Notes under the pieces: generated by a model
What the model was told of the DNA's origin: nothing
Seen by the model: only the letters and a program-made list of their open reading frames with translations
Database searches by the model: none
Shown: positions 1 through 9,536 of the stretch, one piece after another
How positions within the stretch are numbered: the stretch's first letter is position 1
How the letters are laid out: each line of letters starts with the position of its first letter
Program-made: the position numbers and the translations under genes
DNA from: Trypanosoma brucei
Lineage: Eukaryota
Reading direction: 5' to 3'
Assembly (NCBI GenBank): GCA_000002445.1
Contig: CM000208.1
Location: forward strand, 160,001-224,000
DNA length: 64,000 nucleotides

Positions 1-506
1 GGCAGCCGTCGCTTCCACTAAATGAAAAATGGATATCCCAACCATTTGTCACAACCGTGCAAAAAGATGTACAACCGACGACAATAATATCCACGACACC
101 ATCAAACATGTCATCCCCCACAGTAGTTATCTCACTGCCACAGCGCAGGTTGAGCACAGAGGTGATGCGGACATCAACGCCCAGTTCACTTGACTCACGC
201 TCATGTACCATTGTAATGCATCCTCCAGAAGACCGAAAGGCAAATTTGCTTCAGCTGGAGACATCACACCCCACATTTACCAAATTCCCCTCCATCAGCA
301 GCGTATCGGTAGCCCCAACTATAATAGTACCGCGCTCACTCCCTCAACAGCAAGAAAGACGGCCGCAGAGAATAGGAGAGGAAAAGGAACAACAACAAAT
401 GATTGTGATACGGATGCCGCGACCTGTGGACTGCAGAACAAAAATGAGGACGACACAATACTTAGATATTAATGGAAACGATGGTGCTGCACCAAAGGCC
501 ACGTAG
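1..506 (+). CDS. Probable 3' end of a gene that begins upstream of the window. Frame 3 is open from position 3 to the stop at 504-506, and the S/T/P/Q-rich tail is not assignable.
   Basis: No stop in frame 3 from the window edge to 506. The ORF-track entry 57..506 begins with GTG, not ATG, so the real start must lie upstream. Confidence 0.3.
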   Translation, partial: QPSLPLNEKWISQPFVTTVQKDVQPTTIISTTPSNMSSPTVVISLPQRRLSTEVMRTSTPSSLDSRSCTIVMHPPEDRKANLLQLETSHPTFTKFPSISSVSVAPTIIVPRSLPQQQERRPQRIGEEKEQQQMIVIRMPRPVDCRTKMRTTQYLDINGNDGAAPKAT

Positions 507-904
507 CATATTTTTGCTTTACCACGGCGGTAATGGGAAAGAATTCGGGAGAATCATATTGGACGGTTATCAATGCAACGCTATGTGTATGCATGGGGGC
601 GTTAGAAAAACAAAAAGAAAACCAAAAATAAAAGAAAAAAAACAGGTTTAGCGACATATCTGCGCCGTGCAGCGGGGAAGGTAATGGGGTTATTTGTGGC
701 AAAAGTGTGCTGAGCCGCGTGAATATGGGGGGTGGTGGTGGTGAAGAAATAAAGGAAAAAAAAAGGGTGCAAATCCATCATTGGAAATGTAAGGTGTGGG
801 AGGGCGGCAGACGACAGGAATCCGAAAGTTGTGGAATGAGTCACCGGCAGCTGGAAACTTGAGTCTGTCATTGTGTTAACGTAGGGGTAATGCACTTGAA
901 GGTG

Positions 905-950
905 GGAAAAAGAATATATATATATATATATATTTATACACATGCATACA
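905..950. repeat. (TA)n microsatellite.
   Basis: atatatatatatatatatatttatacacatgcatacatatat. Confidence 0.8.
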
Positions 951-1498
951 TATATGAGCGGAGCAGAAAAATCTGGAAAGGTGAAAGGGGGAGGAGGAAG
1001 ACGTCTTGTTTCCATTTTCTTTTTGTTTTCATTTTGTTTATTTGTTTGTTTTGGGTGATAGCGGTGCTGTGGTGAAGTTCTGTGATAATTCTCTACCAAA
1101 TTAAAAGCATTATTTTGTTTTCTATTAGTATTTCGTATGTTTGTGTTGAAGGCTTATTCCTTTGTTGGGGTTTCATGAGGGTCATAACCATTTTAAAGAA
1201 ATATGGAAGGACTAAATATGTGTACGTATGTATGTGTTTTTGATTGCTCGGGAGAATTCTTGTGGGAGGTGGAGTTTCTTTTTTTTTTTTTTTTGCTTTT
1301 TTCTTCTTTTTTTAGAAAAAAAAATGTTAGCTTCAAATCGTAAAAACTGGTACATCTTGGAGGTCATTATGAACCAATAATGATAGTAATATTGAAAGGA
1401 AAAGAAAGGTGGGGGAAAGGGGGGAATTGCTTTTACCGTCAGGATATACGATTAGTGGAGAGTCGTATAAACAAAAAAGTTGTGTCTAATCTTTCTGT

Positions 1499-1560
1499 AT
1501 GCGTGCTTGTGTTTGTGTGTGTACATGGATGTGTATGTGTATGTGCAAATGTTGGCGATG
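1499..1560. repeat. Imperfect (GT)n / (TGTG) microsatellite.
   Basis: tgcgtgcttgtgtttgtgtgtgtacatggatgtgtatgtgtatgtg. Confidence 0.7.
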
Positions 1561-2867
1561 GTCGGTGGATTTATCAATGTTTATATGTGTGTTTGTATAT
1601 CTTTTCTTTTTTTTTTCTTTTAGGTTTTGCCGCTACCATTTTGCTTTTTTTTTGTTTTACTTTTTGTTTCTTTTGTTTTCTTTAACTTCCACCTTTGTCG
1701 TCGTCATAATCATCACTACCACCATTAGGCGCTCCCCTTCGTTTTTTAAACACGCAGCTGATTGGTACACTTCTGTATTTAACTTTTCCTTCATTCCCGC
1801 ATTTACCAGTTTGTACCTGATTTTTTACTCTGTTTTTCTTTGTTTTGCTTTTATCCTTTTCATTTTTGTTTTATGGTGTTGTTGGTGGTTGCCTTTCATC
1901 CATTTAGTTTTTTGCCACTAACTTGTCTTCCTTTAAGAACAAAAAAACTATTTCCCCCTCATTTAGCCTCTTCTTTTTCTTTTTTGCCCTTTTTTGTCGC
2001 TGCGTTTGTGATTTTTTTTTTAAACCCCCACTTTTCCGTTTCCTCTTCTCCTCTTTCTCTAATACCTTTCCCTTCTTTTGAGTGTTTTACAGTGAATCCG
2101 TTCGTTTTTGCTCAAATTATTTTACTTTTGTCCCGCAATTTTTTCTTGTTTCGCAGGAACGAATTTATAACACCGTTCATGGACTTGTTTGCATTTGTGA
2201 ACTTATAGTACCGTCGGATTTACTGTTACCCTTCACCTATTTTCCTGTTAAGTATAAATATATAATATATATATATATATGTACATATATATTTACATGC
2301 ATATATTTATGTAAACTGTGAAAATAGGGTTGGTTATTAGTTTCCACTATTTTCACACGCATATGCGTATGTATGTGTGTTTGTAAAGGAGGGGTAAGGT
2401 AGAAGAGAAAACAATGAGAGAGGTGTGAAATGTGCTTAACTTTTGATTTGAGTTATTTCATTTCGCATAAATGGAGGACGATTTTTCTTTTCTTTTTTTC
2501 TTCCTGTTGTATGAAAGCGCGTGAGAGTGAGGAAAAAGAGGGGAAGAAGGAATAAACAAACGGGCGAATGAATTTTGGCAACAGTAACGCTGGTGAATGA
2601 TTAAGGAAGGAAATATTTTGCTGCTTTTTACGGGATGATGAATGATACGGGTGAGCACCTCTTCCAGCAGCACCTGTTTTGTTTTGTTGTTGCTTTTTTT
2701 TTTTTTTTACAAGAGAGAAAAAGAACAGAAAGTGGAAGGAAAAATGAAGGATTAACGTAGGAACAAAGAGGAATAACATTTGAGATATTTGTATTGGATG
2801 TTGTACCTTTTCCATACCTCATTCGCATGCAGTTGAGGTGTTTCTTGCGGCTGGGGGTAGGTGTAAT

Positions 2868-2915
2868 TTTTTTTTTAATAATAATAATAATTATTATTAT
2901 TATTTATCTTGCGTT
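2868..2915. repeat. Poly-T followed by (AAT)n(ATT)n microsatellite.
   Basis: ttttttttttaataataataataattattattattatttatc. Confidence 0.8.
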
Positions 2916-3743
2916 TATTACCTGCCAGACACGGCGATATGTTTCTCATTTTCCATTGGCTAAAATGTCCGTGTATTTCCTTCTCCACATGTTCCCTTAC
3001 CCTCTTTTTTTTGTTGTTATCTTACCTTTACACACTTAATTTATTGTTATAATGTAGCGGCGCCTTCTCCTCGTTTGTTTGTTTATTTTTATTTTTGGTC
3101 CTCCTCCGGGTGTTGCTGCAGCCTCATGAGTTTTATATTTAAGTACTTTCAGCGAGGCGCTTCTGGTTTTTGCCAACGCCTTTATATGAAATACAATGTG
3201 CTTTATTGTATAGAGAGAGAGAGAGTAGTCCTCGCGCTAATGCACTTCACCATAGCAATCTTGTTCCACTCTTCCCATCGTCAATCAGATAGCTAGTATT
3301 TAAAAAAAAATAAAAATAATAAAACTTGAGTCAAGACAATGTGAAGGTGATGAACGAACGCACATGCAACTGCAGCTTTAAACTGCAGGGTTGTGTTGCT
3401 CGTTTGCGCTTTCTGGTTTGATACGCTGCTTACGAGTTACTCATAATATATTTTAACATAATTCCATCTCACTCCTGTTTTTCTCCCCCTTCTTTTTTCT
3501 CTCCTCCTACATTCGTTTACGAACACACAGCGGTACTCTTTTAGGTTCAGCTCGGTAATATATATATATATATATATATTACCTGTGTACACCCAATTGA
3601 TTGTATTTGGGTGACGAGGCAGCGCTTCTTAGCGCCCGACTAGGGGAAAAGGGGGCGGATACGATATAGCAGGGAAAAGGTAAAAGAGGGAAAAGTAAGA
3701 AATTAGTGGAAAATAAAGGTAAAGGGATAAAAACTTGTACCAA

Positions 3744-5348
3744 ATGGAGTTTCCGCAAGTCACATGTGATGATGTGAATGCTCTCGTTCAAATGTGTTCA
3801 ATACCGCACGAGACGGCCATCACGTCGCTTAAGCAATGCTCGTCAAGTTTATTTGTGCTTCTCTATCAGCGGTTGTTCAACTGTACAATCGTGGGCATCG
3901 AGAGCTCTCCCTATACTGTGGAGCAGAAGAAATGGAACGTGAAGTGTGTTCTGAATGAATTGTGTGCCAAATGCGGTATGAATGTTGAAGGGATCGACGC
4001 TGAGAAAATTGTCCAACTCAATGAAGAGCACATTAGTCGCCTTATCGCACTTTTCCTTGAAATTGCAAACCGCATGAGTATCCATACCGGCGCCGGGCGC
4101 GGTGCGCTGCCTGTTGGCGCAGGTTTAACTGCTCCCACACCATTTCCAGCCGCTGCACTGCGACCCAAGTTGGCTGAAGTTCCACGTGATCCCGCGGAAG
4201 ATGGGACTTGGTATCCTCCAGCTGCTGCAACACATGTATTACCTACACATTTGATGAGACCCGTCCACGCGGCAGAGGGTCATATGAGAGCTGCTGTTCA
4301 GGCATATTTGCATCACAATGAATCCTCTTATCGAGGGCATCACGACTCTGCTCAACTTGGGGATGCAGTGGACAGTGCGCATGAAAAACATAAGGACAAC
4401 CACGACTCTATGAGAAGTGGCAGAAAGTTTTATGCCGATGTAGTTGAAGCTGAGATGTCCGTGTCCGATGTTGCGAATAGCGGTGACGATGACAAGGCAA
4501 CTTTGTTAGATGAAGAGGATGATGGTGGAAGCGGCGGGAGTTTTGTAAACACGGAGGAAAAGGAGATTCCCACAAGTCAACTCGTAGAGGTGTGGAGCGC
4601 TCAAGTCATTCCACCGAAGCGACATATCGGCATGGGAGACTCCCCAGACCTAACGGAATTACGTGGCCAACTAACCGCTATGGACAAGTGCTTACGGAGA
4701 GGAGAACAACGAAGGGTTCGGCTCCGCCACCAACAACGTCAGCAAAGCGCGGCTCAAAACCAGCGAGGTCATATGGATCCGGTTAGTGATGGTGTCAGTG
4801 CTCAAATGTGGCGTGACAGGCGCGCAATAGCTTCAGCCTTCTTGCCCCATGGCCTCAATGTTGATACCATTAAAGGAAACAAATTTTATGAGAAGCAACC
4901 GAGGCGGATGATCGACTATGAGCGTAGAAATGAGAAGATTGAAATGCTCCGTTCGGTAAGGTTTATTGATGAATTAGAGAGGGAAGTCGGTCGCAAGATG
5001 GTGCAGCAGCATCGAGATACTACAATGAAGCTTCGGGAGGAAGTTAAAGCCGCATTGGAACGGGATCGACAAGAGGTTTTGGAGCGAAGAAGGCTTATTC
5101 GTGAAGAGGATCAAAAATACCGCAACGCGTACACCGCAATTCTCACTGCTGCCAGTAATGATTTACGTATGACCAAGGTACTGATGCTAGAGCGAATGCA
5201 ACATCTTGCTCAGCAACATGCCCTTTCATTACGAGAAAGTCGCCGTATGTGTCAACTTCTTAAGCGGGAGAGTAAAGAGCGGGTTCGTCATGACCTCCTC
5301 CGCTACGCAAGTGCCGTGACGGAGTGGCAATCACATTTTGTTATCTAA
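3744..5348 (+). CDS. Conserved hypothetical protein (~534 aa) with a Cys-containing N-terminal ~110-aa domain, a low-complexity middle and a C-terminal ~150-aa charged coiled coil.
   Basis: Long ORF. The track start 3735 is TTG, and the first ATG is 9 nt later (MEFPQVTCDD). The C-terminus is rich in R/E/L/K heptads (EREVGRKMVQQHRD...LRESRRMCQLLKRESKER). Confidence 0.7.
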   Translation: MEFPQVTCDDVNALVQMCSIPHETAITSLKQCSSSLFVLLYQRLFNCTIVGIESSPYTVEQKKWNVKCVLNELCAKCGMNVEGIDAEKIVQLNEEHISRLIALFLEIANRMSIHTGAGRGALPVGAGLTAPTPFPAAALRPKLAEVPRDPAEDGTWYPPAAATHVLPTHLMRPVHAAEGHMRAAVQAYLHHNESSYRGHHDSAQLGDAVDSAHEKHKDNHDSMRSGRKFYADVVEAEMSVSDVANSGDDDKATLLDEEDDGGSGGSFVNTEEKEIPTSQLVEVWSAQVIPPKRHIGMGDSPDLTELRGQLTAMDKCLRRGEQRRVRLRHQQRQQSAAQNQRGHMDPVSDGVSAQMWRDRRAIASAFLPHGLNVDTIKGNKFYEKQPRRMIDYERRNEKIEMLRSVRFIDELEREVGRKMVQQHRDTTMKLREEVKAALERDRQEVLERRRLIREEDQKYRNAYTAILTAASNDLRMTKVLMLERMQHLAQQHALSLRESRRMCQLLKRESKERVRHDLLRYASAVTEWQSHFVI

Positions 5349-6374
5349 AGGAATAAATGGAAGTGAATTTGAAAAATGGTGTACCGGTGGGTGGGGGGTG
5401 GGGTGGGGTGGAGGCGCAGGCGAAATGAAGAACACCAATACAATAAATAAATAAATGAATAGATACAGTAGCACAACAAAAGAAAATAACTTAAAATGAA
5501 TGAAGGAGAGAGAAGGGAGGGGGAAAAAAAGTAACGTGAGGAAAAGGTGGGTCAGCAAGAAGGTAGTGAAAAGAGCATGTAGATGCTATGGGCATCAACT
5601 GGGGACGAAAGGAGGTAAACTGTGGTTAACAACCCTGTTTGGAGGAAAGGGAATTAATGGTATTCTTAAATTCCACTAAAATTTCCCCTCCCGCTTCGCA
5701 TTCGCAGTTGCGTGTTCGTTGATACGCATGTGCGCATACTTTTTTTTCTTTTGTTTTTGTTAAATTATACATTTGGTTGCGGTGTGTCAGTGTGGTTTCC
5801 ACCACGCAGGAAATTGTGACGTTTTTTTTTGTTTTTGCGTGTGTCCGTGAATGCCTGATTACGTTTCAGTTTGGTTGCAGCTTAGTTCCCTACTTACTGG
5901 TACTGCGCACATGCGTTTTTTTTCTCATTTTTTCTTCCTTCAACATTGGTTCATTATTTCCACCCTGGTAAATATTTGTTTGTTTTTCTTTTCTTTGTTT
6001 ATTAACAGTAATTTATTTTTCCTGTTTTAAAGAGAAATTGAGGTGAGAAGAAAAGTGGAGGGAAAAGAAAACAGAAGAATTACTTACATTTTGTTTTATT
6101 TATTTTATCTGTGCAGCCATTTTACAGTCATTTCGTAGTAGTTGCAACTGCACACATCTGCGATTGTAAAAGTTTTTTTTTGTTTTTTCTGTTGAAGTTC
6201 CTATTCCATGATATATTCTTGAACACCTCCAACCTCGTAGCGTCGCTGCGCATGACATTTCCCTTTTATTTTTCTTTTCTTTTATGCTGAAGCGGTGTCG
6301 TATTCACTGTGTAGACCGTGTTTTACAACGCAATAGTTAATTATAGACACACGCAGGGAAGTTTGCTTCTTTTT

Positions 6375-6425
6375 TTACTTTTTTACTTTTGTGTGTGTGT
6401 GTTTGGTTTGTTTGTTTGTTTGCTG
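6375..6425. repeat. (GT)n followed by (GTTT)n microsatellite.
   Basis: tgtgtgtgtgtgtttggtttgtttgtttgtttg. Confidence 0.75.
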
Positions 6426-7063
6426 CCACGTTGATGATGAATTGTGTCGTTATTGTTGGGAAGAAGAAGTGAATGAAGTCTGTGGAGCCGCTTTTTTCTT
6501 TTTTTTCTTTTTTTTTACGTATAAGTGTCAATCGACACTTTGAACAAATGTGTATGGGAGAAGGTACGAACCCATGGCTCGAAGGAGTGGGCAGAAGTGA
6601 ACAATGTGGTGAATGGGCGGCGGTTGTATGAAATGGCTTGTATACATGCATATGTTTTGTTTTATGTTTGTACGTCTTCGTGTTCCTCCCTGTGTTTTGT
6701 ATATTGGAGGATGCCTTTTGCTTGCCTCTATTTTTTTTCTTCTTTTAAAGATACTGTTCCCCCTCAAAGTCCTGCTGTGTTCATTCTTTTCTTGATTACG
6801 CGTATCGATAATGCGTTTTTAAGGAATGTTTTCACGACAAGCGCTTTCTCTCTTCCTTCTCGTTATCTTTGGCCCCTACCCTCGAACGAACTAATGTATA
6901 ATAATAACAAATAAAAACCAAAGAGAAGGGAACTCACGGCGTGGATATTAAAAAAAAAATAGCTGCACACTAGGGTAGCTGTGTGCAGTAATAGTTCCTT
7001 TAGTGGAGGATTCTACTGGCAGGTGGTGGTGCTACTGTCAGTTTGTAACGGTAAAAGACAGGA

Positions 7064-9037
7064 ATGTCGTACAAATATAGCAGTAGAGAATATTGTTCAC
7101 CTGTTTGTATGAGATGCGTGAAGTCGAATGGGGTACGAGGAAGTGTTGATACCGTGGGCGGGGATACGGGACGGTGCGAGTGTCACACTTCGATCGGGCA
7201 TCGACATAAATATTCAGTGGAGCGAAAGAACAATGCGGGTAGACAAACAACCTCCATATTGTCACCTGCACCATGCAGCGCCCGCGGTACTGCAACCGAT
7301 GCTCCTGCTGATCGCCAAAATGTTGACGGCCAGCGGCGTTCTTCATTTGCAAAACCCTCCCCAAATGACATAGTTTGGATCCCCACCTCTCAACTTCTTC
7401 CCCGTTTTCATGGCACTGACACCGGTGGAAGCAATGAAGAGGAGGAGTACTGCCCAGTGACGAAGTGGCCAAAACCGCAAGATATTCCGTTGCCGTCGAT
7501 GATTCCCCTCCCTTCCAGTGTTCTGCGCTCCCTTCCGCCGGAAAAGTCACAACCGCCATCACAATGGTCTTCCATCCCCGTAAATGAACAAACGATTAAG
7601 AAAAAGCGGGGATGTGACGGCCAGGGGTATGAAGTCGCGGAACGGCCCGTAGCACCAAGTGTGAGAGTAGAAGGGCATGTGTGTCCATGTGAAAAGCGCA
7701 TGTTACATACGTATCCGAGCAACCGCGAAACGGCAGAAACACATGAGGAGGCGGAGCAACAAAAGTGTGATGTAAAAGAATCTGAAGAAGAACCGGCCAA
7801 TATCAACAACAACAACAACACTCCGGGACAATATATTAATGAGTGCTGTGACTCTGATGAAACTCAAAAGTATGACAGCGTACAGATGTGGTGCCAGTCA
7901 CTTCGGCAACCGACTCGTCGGTGTGAGCAGCCACCACCGCGTTCAAGAAAATCGAGTGCTTCCCCTACAGCCGAGGGGTTTGCGGCTTGTGGCACCTCTC
8001 AGCACAGATGTACGGCAACTCATCCAGACGGTTCTTGCGAGAGGCGACGAGATTCGGAGTTGCGTGGCGGTAGTGGCGCTCGCGAGAATTCTTTACATCC
8101 TCCTCGGAAGAGCGTGGATAGCAAGGTTTCGAGGGGAACAAACAACATTCACGCAAGAAAATCTGAAACACGTAAATTGCGTGAGGTTGTGAATGTTAGA
8201 ACCACGTCTTCTAATTCAGATACGGCTTCGGTGAGAAGTGAGCCGGAGGAGGTTTCCAGAGATAGGGAAGAGAGGTTTCGGGTGCACCTGACAAACATGG
8301 ATGAGTTGTATCGACATCTACTGAGCAGATACGATGAGTTCCAGAAAGATCATGCGGATTTCTTGGAAAAAAATGGCAGCTCGAGACGGGTTGTGGATGA
8401 ACAAACTGCGCATCCACAGAAACTTTCCATAAAGAAGGACACGGTTGACTTAGTAGATGACATACCCCCATTACCTGAACGCGGGTACTCGGGTAAGTTA
8501 TATCCGCTTTCTGAAGACTCTCAGAAACTTCAAGAGCAGTTGATTAGCCTGGAGACGCGGTGGAAACAAACTGGAAGACCTAAAAAAGGAGGCGCGGAGG
8601 AACGAATGTGGGGTCTGGCTGAAACTGCAGTGAATGCAGAAAGGGACCGGAAGCAAACGCGACCACTGGCACGGCGCACAAAGACTCTCTCCGCCGATCG
8701 GAAATTTTCCAGCGGTCGAACATATGTGGTGAAAAAAGCAGAAAGTAAAGAATCAAGGGGTAGAACTCAGAGTGTGAAGCGTGTTCCAACTGATTCTAAA
8801 ATTGTCGGAACCACAAGGCACATGTCTCCTCAGGGTGGTGCACGGCGCCGTGACGTCTCTCCACAGTTGGTCTACAACTTCCTCGCTGCTCAGAAAGACA
8901 AAAATAGTGAGGAAAACGACGGCAACGGTGAGTGTGTAAGCGACAGTAGGGGTAGACACTTGGATTTCACTAGGGAACAAGTTCTCCACCTAGTTCGTGA
9001 ACGAAAGATGTTATTTAGTCGTGAAGAGAAAAAATGA
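7064..9037 (+). CDS. Hypothetical protein, 657 aa, basic and low-complexity, rich in R/S/P/E, with no recognisable domain.
   Basis: A 1.97-kb ATG-initiated ORF sits on the same strand as its neighbours. Minus-strand ORFs overlap it, but they are shorter and lie opposite the coding strand of the unit. Confidence 0.5.
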   Translation: MSYKYSSREYCSPVCMRCVKSNGVRGSVDTVGGDTGRCECHTSIGHRHKYSVERKNNAGRQTTSILSPAPCSARGTATDAPADRQNVDGQRRSSFAKPSPNDIVWIPTSQLLPRFHGTDTGGSNEEEEYCPVTKWPKPQDIPLPSMIPLPSSVLRSLPPEKSQPPSQWSSIPVNEQTIKKKRGCDGQGYEVAERPVAPSVRVEGHVCPCEKRMLHTYPSNRETAETHEEAEQQKCDVKESEEEPANINNNNNTPGQYINECCDSDETQKYDSVQMWCQSLRQPTRRCEQPPPRSRKSSASPTAEGFAACGTSQHRCTATHPDGSCERRRDSELRGGSGARENSLHPPRKSVDSKVSRGTNNIHARKSETRKLREVVNVRTTSSNSDTASVRSEPEEVSRDREERFRVHLTNMDELYRHLLSRYDEFQKDHADFLEKNGSSRRVVDEQTAHPQKLSIKKDTVDLVDDIPPLPERGYSGKLYPLSEDSQKLQEQLISLETRWKQTGRPKKGGAEERMWGLAETAVNAERDRKQTRPLARRTKTLSADRKFSSGRTYVVKKAESKESRGRTQSVKRVPTDSKIVGTTRHMSPQGGARRRDVSPQLVYNFLAAQKDKNSEENDGNGECVSDSRGRHLDFTREQVLHLVRERKMLFSREEKK

Positions 9038-9039
9038 TT

Positions 9040-9100
9040 TTTGTACCATTATTGTTATTACTGTTATTATTATTGTTATTGTTGTTGTTGCCATTAGTAG
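9040..9100. repeat. Imperfect (TTA/TTG)n trinucleotide repeat, just 3' of the 7064..9037 gene stop.
   Basis: ttattgttattactgttattattattgttattgttgttgttg. Confidence 0.75.
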
Positions 9101-9498
9101 TTATGGCCTATGCAGCACGCTTTTCGTTTTGTTTTGCTCATTGATGGAAAAGATCAAATAAAGAAATGAACACGCGGGTAAGATTAGAGCCGTACTCTTG
9201 TTTTGGGGAGGGATCAACCGTATCTGCCAGGAGAATATCACGGCAGCAAGAGGTGAAGCAGTACACGGATGGTTGATGTTTTTGTGTTTTACTCTTTTGC
9301 TTTGTTTTGCTTGTTAGTGGCCTTTGCATTTTATCAAACTGGTACCCCTCTGCCTATATGCCCAAGCAACCTGCTAGTTTGCGGAGTTTTTCTCTTACCA
9401 TCATCATCATCACAATTATTATCGTTGAATCGCGTTAGCTCCCTCCTCCATTTTTTTTAAATACTGCTGTTGGTACGTATATCCGCTTCTCATTGTGT

Positions 9499-9520
9499 TA
9501 TCTTCTTTTCTCCCGAGTGA
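9499..9520 (+). promoter_or_regulatory. Polypyrimidine tract and AG dinucleotides, a putative spliced-leader trans-splice acceptor region for PRMT5.
   Basis: tatcttcttttctcccgag lies immediately 5' of the first ATG at 9537, as is typical of kinetoplastid mRNA processing signals. Confidence 0.4.
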
Positions 9521-9536
9521 GGAACAGCCGCACGAA

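Noticed and set aside
1380-2208. Overlapping + strand ORFs (1380..1685, 1499..1921, 1840..2208) in the first intergenic tract.
   Set aside because: Their translations are pure low-complexity poly-F/L/C/V, read through (GT)n and T-rich microsatellites. They start at non-ATG codons and are not protein-like.
7038-7562. Minus-strand ORFs of 137-210 aa overlapping + strand genes. The other coordinates are 7408..7821, 10054..10626, 15655..16266, 24609..25241, 52043..52642 and 52372..52881.
   Set aside because: Each lies antisense to a longer ORF that has recognisable domains, or sits on the coding strand of the unit. They have no motifs, and shadow ORFs are typical of GC-moderate coding DNA. The whole window is otherwise unidirectional.
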